From assembly GCA_951406725.2 (NCBI GenBank), contig OX597816.1:169446001-169510000 (forward strand): DNA of 64,000 nucleotides, given 5' to 3'. Under the pieces are notes generated by a model. The model had not been told where the DNA came from. It saw nothing but the letters and a program-made list of their open reading frames with translations, and did not search any database. The position numbers were made by a program, and so were the translations under genes. Origin of the DNA: Octopus vulgaris (taxonomy: Eukaryota). Within the stretch, counting starts at the first letter, position 1; every line of letters starts with the position of its first letter. Of this stretch, positions 15,464-30,484 are shown one piece after another.

Positions 15464-15812
15464 AAGAGAGAGAGAGAGAGAGAGAAAAGTAAAAGTGAAA
15501 AAACTACAGAAGGCTTAAATGTTAAAAAATATATATATTTGCGTCAATATGTCTGAAGAATATTAGAAAATTTAAAAAAAAATTTTCTATAATGACATAA
15601 TTTAAAGAGCTCTTCTTTTCAAATTTCTTGCGACGTCGCATTTGAAAAGCTACACGCGACCGGTGTCACTAATATTCTTCAGACATATTGACGCAATATA
15701 TATATTTTTAACATTTAAGCCTTCTGTAGTTTTTTCACTCTTTACTTTTTTCTATATATTCACCCACGTGCTTTCACAAACCAACTTTCCTATCTATCTA
15801 TCTATCTATCTA

Positions 15813-15869
<57 letters not shown>

Positions 15870-16656
15870 AAGAGTTCGCCGGTTAAATATGCTAAAACAC
15901 GGAGTAAAAGCAACCGTTCTGATCATTTTGGCCGCCATGGGTTTTGCAGTAAATCACTAAATCATCCATAACTTTTGTATTATCCTCTCAAATTACACCA
16001 AAATCTCAGGCAATAACAAATAATATTGTATTTATTGTCTGTGAAAATTATAGAATATAAAACAACTTTGATAAAAAATTATATCTACTTTTCTGACGAA
16101 AACAATGCCGTTCTGAACATTTTGGCCGCAACTGTATAGTAGACTACTTGGTCTTTACCTCAAATTGAGAATATATTTTTTTTCAACTCAATCTTTTTTC
16201 CATCTTAGTCTGGGTCTGTTAACTTATATCCTTCTACCATCGATCATCCTTTTTATCTGCTGAATTAAAACATTCATATATGGGACTATCAATGGAATTT
16301 ATAAAACTTCATTAACTCCATGATTTCTTTAATCTTTTAATTTTTTAATCATGGAATTACCTAATACAATTACTCCCCATTCTAACTGGTGACTACTAAT
16401 ATCCTCAATTTAAGATTTGTTTTTCTATACCGCTTTACCTCGATTTCTCCGATGATGAGATACTTGGATTACGTGAATTCGTTACACATTGACATCATCC
16501 ATTTGTTCAGGTATTCCAGAAACAAATATAAGATAATTTTCTTCTATACTTTATACTTTTATTTATACTCTTTATCATGAAATAAAAATCCTCGAGTAAC
16601 ACCAAATGTATTTCTTGTCCGTCTTCCATTTTTGGTCGCTTTCTCTCTCTCTCTGA

Positions 16657-16718
<62 letters not shown>

Positions 16719-16733
16719 AAATGGTTTATATAG

Positions 16734-16776
<43 letters not shown>

Positions 16777-16882
16777 AAATTTGATTCTGATAAACTCTTG
16801 TTTATATTGCCTGTATCCTATAGTATAGTATATAATAACATTATTCTTATCCCTTAGATGGTTAAACCGCTAACTTTAGTTA

Positions 16883-16927
<45 letters not shown>

Positions 16928-16942
16928 AAATGGTTTATATAG

Positions 16943-16981
<39 letters not shown>

Positions 16982-17631
16982 TAACTAAAGTTAGTTGGAA
17001 TAACCATCTAAGGGATAAGAATAATGTTAACCCTGGGCATTGATATGCAATCATACTATACTCATAGGATACAGGCAATAAGAAAATAAACAAGAGTTTA
17101 TCAGGAATCAAATTTAAATTAAGAAGAAAATGAAGAAAACTTTTGACTACCATCATTTTTTTTTAATGTACAAAACTTTAACGTTGCTAACAGCCGTTTC
17201 TGCTACCTATGTCAGACGGTACAGCCAAAGAAAATTATGAGAATAATCGTTATCTTTTATAGCACATCCGATCAATCATTTTTCTAGTTTATTCATTTGC
17301 TGATCGACTTCAAGCTTTACACTGAAAAATGGCATGATTCTAATTTATTAAGCATTCTTTCCTCATCTCGAGACCCTGTTCTTTCCTCTTTCTTCTTTCC
17401 TCTCCTCTTCTTTTATTTTATGTATTTGTATTCACTCTGATGAAGCTCCATGTACCAGATCGGATGTTCTATAAAAGATGACGATTATTATTCTCATAAT
17501 TTTCTTTGGCGGCACTGACTGACACAGGTAGCAGAAACGGCTGTTAGCAATGTTAAAGTTTTGTATTAAAAAAATAATAACCGATGGTATTGAATTTGTT
17601 TGTTGATCAAGTTTTCTCCATTTTCTGCTTA

Positions 17632-17666
<35 letters not shown>

Positions 17667-18066
17667 CATCTCTCCACGTGACATATATATATATACCCAT
17701 CTCTCCACGTAAACATATTGAAGATAATAAAAACCGAAGGTTATCTGAGCAGGTCTTATGTAAGTAACAAGTTATGTAACTAACAAGTCTTTGCTATGGA
17801 ACACTTGTTATCAGCATTTAGTTTTTCCTTTCATTACATTCCCGAATTTTTATTAGGATTATCAGCACCTTTAGTTGCTAAACCGTGACTTGCGTGGTGA
17901 CTGTCAGCTTATCGAAATTTCCTTGGATTTCAATATGGGACGAAGTGTGTCACGATGGCTGATAAACTAGTGTAATGTCTATATTTTGTTATCTATACTA
18001 GCTCTGTGTTTGCTTCAAGCTTACAAACTTACTACTCTGGGATCTTGGATCGTACATACTTATTAC

Positions 18067-18159
<93 letters not shown>

Positions 18160-19060
18160 TTCCTACATATACATACACACATGTATGTATGTGTGTATGT
18201 ATGTATGTATGTATGTATGTATGTATGTTTGTATGTATGTATGTATGTATGTATGTATGTGAAAGCGCATGACTGAGTGGTTAGAGCGTCAGGCTTACAA
18301 TCACGAGTGTGAGTTCGATTCTCTGACCTGGCTGTGTGTTATGCTCTTAAGCAAGACATTTTATTTCACGTTGCGCTAGTTCACTCACCTGTAAAAATAA
18401 GTGGCAACATCGCTAGTGCCAAGCGGTATCGACCTTTACTTTCCACCTTTGAGAATATCGGTGGCAAAGAGAGAGTAGACTGGAACGATTTGCGAGTTAT
18501 TAATCTAGAAGACCAGTGTAACGACAGGTGTCTTCTAAGTTACTCTACACTTAAGAGTGGCTCTTGAACTTAACAGAGAAAGCTAATGAATTTCTCGGTA
18601 AGTATATACTACATACAGCAGTGAGATTTACCTCCTCACTTCTCAGTAGATACTTCAAAGCTAAGTAAACTAAACCCAGAGGGTTATGTCCATAAAGCTA
18701 TTGTCAGAAATCAACACCAGCAATAATTTATGAACATTTCTCTCGTTGGTCGTTATGTGTCGGAAGTAACTCTATTGATTCTAGAATAGTATTAGAATCT
18801 GCAGCACTTGCTGTACTGAAATAAATAAAAAGGATACTTTTCCTTGCAGAATAGGTGAAACGGTTTCCGAAAGTTGATGAGTGATTTATAGTAAATGAGG
18901 AGTTTGAAAATTCCAAAACACATTGCTTTCATGAATTATTGAAGAATAACAATATATCTTCAAATTCAAAGAGACACGAAATGTGCTTGAGAAGTGTCTA
19001 TCCAATAAACGTTTATATAATGCTTGCCTTTCGTTGAAACATTAATTTCCTGCAGTTTTG

Positions 19061-19093
<33 letters not shown>

Positions 19094-19111
19094 TGTATGT
19101 ATGTATGTATG

Positions 19112-19156
<45 letters not shown>

Positions 19157-19261
19157 GTATACGTATGTATGTATGTATCTATCTATCTATCCATCTATCC
19201 ATCTATCTATCCATCTATCTATCTATCTATCTATCTACCTACCTACCTACCTACCTACCTA

Positions 19262-19328
<67 letters not shown>

Positions 19329-19471
19329 GTCTATCTGTGCGTGTGTGTGCATATACAAGTGTGCTGTGCTGGTGCGTGAGTTTGTGTGTCTTTTGCGTGT
19401 GTATCTATAATATGCATGTGCGTATGTGCGTATCTCACTCTCTCTTTACCTCTCTCTGTCTGTCTGTCTGC

Positions 19472-19518
<47 letters not shown>

Positions 19519-19640
19519 AAACAAGTCAAGATAGAAAATGCTAAAATAATTTTATAAAGAACATTTCAGTACCGGTTTCAGTCGTTTTGAGACCTTTTCA
19601 ACTGTAACGGCCTTTCTCTGTCTCTCTTGTTTACACTATA

Positions 19641-19710
<70 letters not shown>

Positions 19711-19865
19711 TGAATAATTGAATGAATTATCTTATTAAGGATAATTCGAAAGATAACCGATACCTGGGTAGCAAATTCACATCAGAAAGAACACGGTTGA
19801 AGCTACGTCCATAGGGCATAGACTACGTGTCTTCGTGCGGAAATTTGTATGTTTATTTTAAAATA

Positions 19866-20223
19866 ATAAGTATATGAAAGAATGGAGTTGAACGACTAGT
19901 TAACAAATATCCTTTATTCTCGACATATGTTTCGAAGGCTGCATATTCCTAATTCCGAAGGAATAAGGAGTACATTATGCAGATTTCTCATCAGGAAAAT
20001 CAAGGAACTTATGTCGACATCAAAATGCACAAAAAACTTTTAGCTGACGGGTCTCATTGTGCATTTTGATGTCGACATAAGTTCCTTGATTTTCCTGATG
20101 AGAAATCTGCATAATGTACTCCTTATTCCTTCGGAATTAGGAATATGCAGCCTTCGAAACATATGTCGAGAATAAAGGATACTTGTTAACTAGTCGTTCA
20201 ACTCCATTCTTTCATATACTTAT
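19866..20223. mobile_element. Palindromic element (167-bp arms, 24-bp spacer) with a hammerhead ribozyme on each strand; Penelope pLTR-like
   Basis: Arms 19866-20032 and 20057-20223 are near-perfect reverse complements; the right arm runs into (TA)n. Confidence 0.85.
20090..20172 (+). ncRNA. Type I hammerhead ribozyme (mirror copy on the - strand at about 19917-19999)
   Basis: TTTTC-CTGATGA (20095-20101), stem II with CTGCATA/TATGCAG, GAAA (20156-20159), CATATG, TC, GAGAA. Palindromic stem III ACATATGT; predicted GUC cleavage after 20167. Confidence 0.75.
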
Positions 20224-20257
20224 ATATATATATATATACATAAATATATATATACAT

Positions 20258-20322
<65 letters not shown>

Positions 20323-21496
20323 TATATATATACATACATATATATATATATATATATTTATGTGACTTGTTTGTTGGGCTCACGATCGTTACTTCGTTTA
20401 TTCAAATTCCAGATCATGTGTCACATCTTGCTCTTGAGCAAGGCACTTCGTTATTCTCCAATCTACCAACTGAAAATATCTAGCTAAGAAAAGTGGGGCC
20501 ATTTCTGCAATGGGTATTTCAGTGGGGAGACATGTGCTCTCAGTCGCTTAAGCCATATTATACACTCGAGGTTGTTATATTGCCATTGTTTTCATAAATC
20601 TCCTCTTTGAGCTTCTACTCGAACCATGAAATTTTTTAAATCCACATAAGAAACCCAGTATAAATACTATTAAGGTGATGTTGAAGCTCCTTCTTCATAC
20701 ACCTGGTTTGGGCTCTAAATAGAAGAGGAGAATGCTCGGTACACATAGAGAACGAAAACCACTCAACTACTTTAATATTATTGGCAGAAACAATATGAAA
20801 CTGAGGATCCATCAAAGCTACTGAGAGACAGATTCCTGGTGCAACATTCTCGGCTGCGGCTGTTCGACGAAGAAAATTAAAGTTACAAACAAGTGTTCAA
20901 ATAAGTGCCTATATGGAAATTGTTCTTTTATTTTTTCTAAAGAAAGGTGAATTATTCTAGCACCAGTTGATATTAAACAAAACGTTTAATCATCAAATAA
21001 GTATGGCAGAAGCCAATTATTCGAATTCTCTGGATAGACATTCTTTCATCGCAACCAACAACAACAAAACATACCTTCACACGTGCACCCGTGCGAACAC
21101 ATATACGTACATACATATGCCTATGTATCTATGTGTGTGTGCGTGTGTGTAAGATGTATATAAATGATTCGGAAAGAGAAATAACAAGAGAATATGAGGC
21201 AGTGTAAACAGAAACTGCTGCGGTATTTTAACGTTTCTGGGAAAAGTACGCTAGTTGTACTTTCGGAATTTGGTGCAGTGGCTGAAGTCTAAAACCAGGT
21301 GGATATTTTACTTATCTAAGAGAGGTTTCTTGAGCGTAATGACCGAGTCCACGATCATCTAACGATTTCCGTTTCCATACATCAAAACCGTATTTAGTGT
21401 CAACATTTCACTCTAGTATTCACTTCTCATTTGATGTTGATAAAAAGAACTTCTTTTGGTCATAAGTGTAATATTTTTGATTTTCTTTTCGTTTAG

Positions 21497-22117
21497 GGAT
21501 AACATGGATAGCAAGTGAAGCATGGGCAGGACGTGGTGAATTTCTGACCTTACCACCACACATTATGCAAGGTATAATTGGCGTTACATTAAATTCACAG
21601 ACTCTCAAATTGCCGGACGAATACCCGGTAAAAATTCATCCAGGACGAAACAAATGGTTGTTGCCTTTCCTCTGCCAGCAATACAACATTGCAGTTGATT
21701 GTTCTTTGAAAAAGTTACAAAATATTTCAGACTTCCCTCGGAATTTAACTTCGTTTTATGATTGCTTCCCAGTTTCATTAAATTTCATCTGGACTTATAT
21801 GTTCGACGCAATTTATACGATTGCCAAAGGATTACACAATCTTTTAGAAGTAAAAAAATGTGAAAACAAATCGGTGCCTACTATCAACTATTCAGAACTT
21901 CTTCAGAATTACAAAGACATTCGCTTTAAAGGTTTTTCTGCTGTCCCCATCCAATTTGATCGTTACGGAGAAGAAATAAATGCTCACTATGACATATTAA
22001 CTTTACAGTTCAATGAATCAATCAAAAAGTTAGAATATATCAATATTGGAAGCTGGCAGCAAGTTAACAGTGATACGTCGTTGACCATTAATCCTTCAGA
22101 CATTCATTGGAATAAAG
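21497..22117 (+). CDS. Class C GPCR, internal exon (Venus flytrap C-terminal part)
   Basis: Polypyrimidine tract and TAG acceptor (AG 21495-21496); donor GTATAT (22118). Encodes GITWIASEAW, MFDAIYTIAKGLHNLL, FKG..PIQFDRYGE..YDI, IGSW and IHW. Confidence 0.93.
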
Positions 22118-22899
22118 GTATATTTACTCTTTAAATTTCCTTTCCATAGAATATCAAATACATCGGATGCGTATGTTTTAAAGTTTGTTAAACATTTGAA
22201 AATATATATATTACCAGAAAGTATAGATTCATAATTGTTATGAAAGAATCTAATTAGTCCAAACAGTAGCCATCATCTCATATTTAACTAATAGAATTAA
22301 GAAGTTGATTAATAATGTTGCCTTTACTTACTTTCTAATATATCTTTCTGACATCGATTTGTTGATTAAAAATAAGCGCCATGCGAAGAATAATTTATCC
22401 AAGACAAGCGACTGTTGTCTGATATCTATTTAATATTAAACTAATACGCAATTTAAGAGAAATATTAATTTTGCTGGAATGAAATAAATGTCAACGAAAC
22501 CAATGCAAAGTCCATCTCGCCAATATGAATGGAACGATAGTAAGCCAGAGATTGGCTGATTTTAAATAAAATGTATTATCAAATAACGTTGATAGATTTT
22601 GCTCGAAAATAAAAATCTTTCATTATTTTTATAGTAATTTCTATAAAATTACTGCTGCTTATGCAATGTAAAGAGAGATATTTGTGTTGAAATGTCGTAT
22701 CAGCTATTTCATTTTCCATTCCGTCCATGAAAACTTTCATTTACAGTATCTGTATTTTAATACAATTAACAGAAAACTAAAAGTAATGAAATCAAATTTC
22801 GTGACAAAAACATTTTAAAAACTATGTGTATTGAGACTATCATAAATTATATATATTGGAACCAATGCTGTGAATGTTATATGCATTGATTCATTTCAG

Positions 22900-23996
22900 G
22901 AGTAAAGCCGATGTCAAGATGTTCAGTTCCTTGTGGAAAAGGCTATAAACGCAAAATCGGATCACAGTCATGTTGTTGGGTTTGTGAAAAATGTCCTCCT
23001 GGCTGGGTTTCAACGAGTAATATTTCATATAAATGCTTACGATGTGAATATTTGAAACACCCTAATGATGATAACAGTGAGTGTGTTGATGATAAACGTA
23101 CATGGTTCTCCTATGATTCCCCTGGTGGGATTATTATAATCTTACTTTGTTGTGTTGGAGAATTGTTTAGTGTAACGCTTTTACTTCTTTTCTCAAAGCA
23201 TAGGAACCATAATTTGTATATTGGAATGTCATTCAAATTCTTATCCTTTCTTGTTGCAACTTTTGGTTTTCTTTTACCTTTCACTTTCTTACAGCGACAC
23301 TTAGATATTATTTGTCATATTAATATTATATGTTTACAATTATTTTATGCCCTACATTTATCTCTCATGTTTTACAGCATCGGTACAATCCGTCACTACG
23401 TTGGACATTTAAATAGACTTTTTAAAAATATTCCACTAAAAGGCAAGAATAAAAAAGATAAATCCAATGAAATGAATCATATAACATTTAATACAGACAC
23501 TAAGTGCTGCAGTTTAAATTGCATAAATATGGGAAGTTTTGTTTTTATTCTCACTGTTCTGCTACGAATTTCTCCATTAGCATTTAATGGACTACAAATG
23601 CCCGCGCAAGTAGTTATCAAAAAAGTTTCAACAAATAATATTTTTCTTTACTGTAGATCAAAAGATTGGGATTTTTACTTCGCCTTGCTTTATGAGGCCA
23701 TAATGCTTTGTTTGATTCTATTGTTCTCAAACAAAAGTCGGAATTCTACTAGCAACAATGATATTTACCAAAATGGATCAACTATTTACGACAATGATAA
23801 AATAATATATTACGAAGCTTTCCTCATTGCTTTAGTGTGTTTTACTTTTACCCCATTCGAACGCTTTGAAAGTAAACCACGGATAGCTACTATACTTCAA
23901 TCGACAGCAGTAATAATTATACAATATATCTTTGTTGTCTCTACTTACGGTACAAAACTGTACGTCATCTACAGAGAACGAAACAAAAGAAAATAG
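22900..23996 (+). CDS. Class C GPCR, terminal exon (9-Cys domain plus 7TM)
   Basis: TTTCAG acceptor; PMSRCSVPCGKG...CCWVCEKC...CLRC...PN...C (9 Cys), then seven hydrophobic segments ending YGTKLYVIY; stop at 23996. Confidence 0.93.
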
Positions 23997-25216
23997 CCGA
24001 ATTGTATATCAAAATAAGTGTTCGTGTATAGACAGAAAAATTTCCGAAGTTTTGAAACCTATTAATTTGTGCTTTGATAATGGACTCACAAAGAATTCGG
24101 ATTTTGTTAGGTTGTTGCTTAATTTTGAATCTTGCTTTTGTCAATGTATAAACATTGTTTTCAAGAACTGGAAAGTAGTTTCAGTCGATATAATCATAAA
24201 ATCATAAAATCAAAGCAGTGATAAGTGTCATTGTAGTGCTAGACTAATAGTAGATTGGATTAAAATACTGTAGTTGAAATATATATATCAAATTATAATA
24301 TTGGCGACGGAAAATATTAACTTAGTGATGGTGTTAGAAAAGATAACACCATCGTTGTAGAAAGTAAAGTATTAAAGAAGTTAGCGCAATAATATCAAAT
24401 TAGATTAGATATTTATTTATTGGAAATGATTTGTTTTTGTTGATTTTTCCTTATAGAAAGACTTCGGCCCATTTGCTTGACAAATTGAGAGGATCGAACA
24501 AACAAAATGTATGAATAATTATAAAGCTTTATATTGTTGGAAAAATACTATCAAACAAATTAGTGAAGTTTAAAATTTATGTTAATCACGAAGGAGTTGA
24601 AAAAATTATGGGTAAAGGTCTTTAAAGAAAATAAATTAAAGATATATAGAAACGCATGTGATAAGATATTATGTATTTGGCTTGAATTTACCGCCAGCAA
24701 AAGTCAAGTCCAAAGATAAATATAAAGGGACCAAAAATTGCTTAATATATTCCACATAATATTAAGATACTTCAGGCATCATATAGATCTTTATATAGTA
24801 AATGGCTTACTTTCCTTCTACCGTTTCAATTAAATAATAACATTCACTTAGTAAAAACAGTATTACACTTCAATAAGTTCAAACTACTCTATTTCTTCAA
24901 TATAAATGTGTGAATTTATGCTAATAATGAATTCATTATTCTAATAAAATAAAAACGGTGAATAGGTACTTTTCCTTTTATGCTTTTTTTTTCTTACTTC
25001 AGATCTCAGTGTTTACTTTGATTATTCTAAGATTGTTAGTATAAGCAAACGTAATATATAATAGGTTTAATCAATCCATTATATCCCTAAACTTCAACAG
25101 AAATCGGATTATGCGATGTCGAAACATTAAGCAATAAGAAATATCAAAATTACACGTTGAAGTCACGACTCACAACTTTTCTTTTGCAAATATACTAAAG
25201 GAAATATCATAACGCA

Positions 25217-25740
<524 letters not shown>

Positions 25741-26378
25741 GTTTTACTAACAATTCAGTTAAAATTATGGGTTTTCTCGTTATAATCGTTTTTCTTGTTA
25801 AATGAACCAGTCTAAATTATAAAGCTACAGAAAAATTTACCATAAACAGACACCTGATCATGTAAAGAAGTTGAATAAAGAAATAATCTGATTATGTAAA
25901 GAAGTTGAATAAAGAATAAAATTAATCTTTATAAGTTTCTTACTATTGCTAAAGTAGAGACATATGTTTAACACCTAAATTGGAAAATAACACGAGAAAG
26001 AAATGAGACTCTACTTTAGAAGAGTGTTGTTGTTATTAACTAGTGCAGAAATTTACATATGTAAAATAGCGAGTTGGCAATCACACCATAGTAAAATCAT
26101 TTAAGCAATTATTAGACAACAACCTCCTCTAGGAGTGTTTAAAATGTAAAAAGACAAACAAAAAAAAACAAATAGAACAGTAATCGGGATAACTCTAATA
26201 AGATCAATTGATCAAAAGTTTAAAATAATAACGTCAAAGCAGATTAGAGTTCATCTGGTCTTTAAAACCAACTAGTGAACACGATGAGCACCTTTTAGTA
26301 TTATTAAACTTCTTTAGCGGATCATATTCTACTCATTTGACAAGACGTAAGGGTCTTGGATGCTTGACAGACAAACTT

Positions 26379-26798
26379 GGATCTTTTCAGTTTGAACGGC
26401 AGTTTTTAACATAATTTCTAGGTAACTAAAAAATTTTAAACTTCGTATACTGGTAGAATGTGTTTATAAAACATCTTTTTCTCTTGGCTTTATTGAGAAA
26501 ATTCTATAGTTTGTAAGATATTTGTTGTTTTGTTTTTTCAATTTCTGCAATTTCAACCAATCAATGACGTCCATTGAGGTAAAAAACATTCTGTGCCGTA
26601 TGACTATATCCCTCGTTTAAGAAACAGATTGGGTTTATTTACATTTGTGAAGAAAACAAGATACCCTTCCCCTAACCCTAACTAACACTAACCCTAAAAC
26701 ACATTGAAATGCAATAGATCGATACTAGGGTCATAATTATGAGTGACAATTTCATATGACACTGCTAGAAAAAACTGCCGTTCAAACCGAAAAGGTCC
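26379..26798. mobile_element. MITE with ~29-bp TIRs and an 8-bp TSD
   Basis: GGATCTTTTCAGTTTGAACGGCAGTTTTT ... AAAAACTGCCGTTCAAACCGAAAAGGTCC; flanks ACAAACTT and ACAACCTT. Confidence 0.85.
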
Positions 26799-27463
26799 AC
26801 AACCTTTCTTCTTATCTATATAAAATAAGATTATTTTGCAATGAAGTAATATGGATGATGGAGATCGACCTTGTTGTAGAATGTTGCTGATCAACACAAA
26901 GAGCAGCAAATACTTCCTCAAATCATATTCCCCTTTCTTGAAAAGTGAAACATTAAATAATGGGTTCCCATGTACCCTATGTCCAAATGAAGACAGAGCG
27001 GCTATGGATAGAACCATTCTAGGTCAAAACTGCACTGGAGATAATCAACAACATCCACAACGACACCAAAAACAACAACAATATAACATTACTGTTCGTA
27101 CTTTGAGAAAAACTATTTTATGCAAATATCCAATCTTTTAAATTGTCAATATCGAAATGAAAGGGTTTCAACAAAAATGTGTTTACATCGTGTACGTTTT
27201 ATCACAGAAAAGAAACAATATTTTAAAGAAATACATTCCAGATGCTGCAAAGTGATGAAATTAATTTGATTTAACAAAATACATATTACTTTTTCTTTGT
27301 ACTGTTATCGATTTTGCCTTCTAATGCAAATTTATATGGTTTAAAATTATTGTTTTTTCTTAACTTATAAATTGCCAAGAGTTAATTACATTGAAAGATA
27401 AATCCAGAAAGCTGTTAAAGAGGTCACGTGTTAATTTAAAATTCTATTTTCAAATACTAATTT

Positions 27464-27691
27464 ATCCTATACAACTATAACAAAAAATATTTTAGAAATT
27501 CTTAGACTAATGAGAAAACCTATCATCATAATTCAGATAATGAGAAATTGAAATAAATTAACATTTCATATAGAAGATATCCTATACAACTTTACCAAAA
27601 ATTATTTAAGAAATTCTTAGACTAATGAGAAAACCTAACATCATAATTCAGATAATGAGAAATTGAAATAAATTAACATTTCATATAGAAG
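27464..27691. repeat. Tandem duplication, two units of about 115 bp
   Basis: ATCCTATACAACT...CATATAGAAG starts at 27464 and again at 27579. Confidence 0.9.
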
Positions 27692-28108
27692 CTGTAATTG
27701 TTAGCTTACAGTTAGCTTTCAGAATCGTTAGAGCATCGGGGAAAATGCCTTGCCGTAATTGTTCCAACTCATTACATTCTGAGTTCAAATACCATCACAA
27801 CTAACTTCGGTTTTCATCTTTTCGGGGTAAATAAACAGTGAAGTGTTGGATTTCGATAGTCTTGTGCCAAAACCAAAAAGAATTAGACATCAGATGTTTT
27901 ATGGCGAAAATTTAGCTCCTGGCAAAGAATTGCAACAGTGACGTGATTTCAAGCACGTTTACCATATTCTAATAATGGCCTTGGAAATGACCCGAACTGC
28001 ACAAATTCTTTCATGAAGTCAATGCTGGTGACAAGTTGGTAGATATTTTAACATAGAAATGTGTGATATAAATAACTGGTTTTCAGTTGCATGTAAGATT
28101 GTTGAGAA

Positions 28109-28338
28109 GGCGGCGAGCTGGCAGAAACGTTAGCACGCCGGGCGAAATGCTTAGCGGTATTTTGTCTGCCGCTACGTTCTGAGTTCAAATTCCGCCAAGG
28201 TCGACTTTGCCTTTCATCCTTCGGGGTCAATTAAATAAGTACCAGTTACGCACTAGGGTCGATATAATCGACTTAATCCGTTTGTCTGTCCTTGTTTGTC
28301 CTCTCTGTGTTTAGCCCCTTGTGGGTAGTAAAGAAATA
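28109..28338 (+). mobile_element. SINE family B, young copy
   Basis: Full length; 16-bp TSD ATGTAAGATTGTTGAG. Confidence 0.9.
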
Positions 28339-29576
28339 TGTAAGATTGTTGAGTGGGTAAAGTATTGGACTACACCAATACCATCAGAAAGTTGCATCAA
28401 CTGGAAACTTATGTATTTTAATATGTTTCGGTACTTAATTTTATTCAACACAGGTTGGGAATAGAAACCACACGCTTTTTTAAAGCCTGTAACTTTTGGT
28501 TTTCAACAAATTCTCTCTACATAGAAATTAACAAGTAACATTAATTTCAGGGGATCAATGACACAATAATAAATTCTTATTGAAATAATCCACATAAATG
28601 TTTTTAATTTATCTATATCTCACTGTCTAGAGTGTTATGTACGAGAATAAAGGAACACATATTTCTCTGTGAAATGCTTGATGCTGGAAATAATTATTGG
28701 AAAATCAAACTTATAATCCTCGAATTAGGAAACAGTGGAGAAATGGTAAAAATGTTATGCAATGTTTAGCTCCCTCCTTTACTACATTCTGTGTTTAAAT
28801 CCTGTCGAGGACTACTGTGCCTTTCTACACTATGGAGGATAAATCAGTCAAATGCATAACTTCATTACATATATGTTGCTCTGTACACATTTGAGAAATT
28901 TTGTACGGAGATTAAATTGCAACTGAATCCTGTACAATGTGGAACGATGCAATTGCTAAGCAAAAAATCTTTATTCTTACGTGACACATCTCTCCATAAG
29001 CAGTAACAGAAGTACACTAATACTTATATTTTCTGAGTAAATTAAAGAACATATATATTAAAAAAATAATAGTAATGACAAAGTGATTTAGTGTTTCAAT
29101 TGATAAATACGGTGCTGAGTTTTAATCTTACAGTAAGTGCTGTTTAGAGGAAAGGGTGCTACACCGACTTATAAGGGCCGGTTTCCCGGTTTCATGGCGT
29201 ATATATTCCCCACCGGGACGGTCCATCGCAGGAAAATAGAGCTACAAAACACCCTGAAACACTGCCATAATAAAATGAGTTTCGGGGTAATTCAAATAAC
29301 GTTGGAAAGAACGAACGGGTATATTTGACAAGTAATTTACTAATCGAACAATTTGCTCGTGATCAGAGATGCACATATCGTCAGCCACTAAGGAACTTGC
29401 TCAACTGGTTAAGGTCAAGCAACTGACAAGCAAATCTGTGGTATTGAGCAGAATATTTGCTGTAGCCCATCTTTTATACCAAGACAAAACAATGTACATG
29501 ATAACACTTCCAATCAGTTAAGATCAGAAGCCATGAGAGCCACTGCCTGGTACTGCACCAAGGCATATATATATAC

Positions 29577-29629
<53 letters not shown>

Positions 29630-30049
29630 TATGATGAAGGGACACACAGGCACAAATACAGACACCTAGACTTATGCATACATACAAACACACGCGCGCA
29701 CACGCACAAACACACACACACACACACGCACGCTCACGCATGCACACATGCACACACGCGCGCGCGCACACACATTTATCTGGATTAGATGTGCTAAGTT
29801 TTGATTGAGATAAATATAAACTTGTTAGCTCTTCACCTATATCTGAAAGATATTTGAACCCGTAAGCAGGCTATTCGTTGCAGTTCGTCGTTGTGAAATA
29901 CTCTTGCTGTAGACAAACGCTCACTTGCAGATTGATGGATGCATGCATTTCGAAGTGATTATCTTCCCATGTAGCTTCTAATATCTTTTCATACAGCAAA
30001 TAATTCGTAGGTATATTTGAATTGTTAACAAGTTTATTCTTTAATTCTT

Positions 30050-30268
30050 CTGCTTGTTTCAGTCATGTGACCGTGGCCATGCAGGAGCACCACCTTGAAG
30101 GGTTTTTAGTGAAACAAATCAACCCCAAGACTTATTTTTAAGCGTAGTACTTATTCTACCAGTCTCTCTTGCCAAACCGCTAATTTACAGAGACCTAAAT
30201 TCACCAACATCGTTATCGAGTGGTGATGGGGGGGGGGGGGGCGAACACAGACACAAAGGCAGGCAAAC

Positions 30269-30332
<64 letters not shown>

Positions 30333-30484
30333 GCGACGCGCTTCTTTCAGTTTCCGTCTACCAAATCCACTCACAAGCCTCTGGTTGGCCCGAGAACATA
30401 GTAGAAGACGCCTGACCAAGGTGCCACGCAGTGGAACTGAACCTAACCTGGAACCATGTAGTTGAGAAGCAAGTTTCTTACCAC
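30050..30484 (-). mobile_element. SINE family A, diverged
   Basis: Reverse complement of the family A body. Confidence 0.75.
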
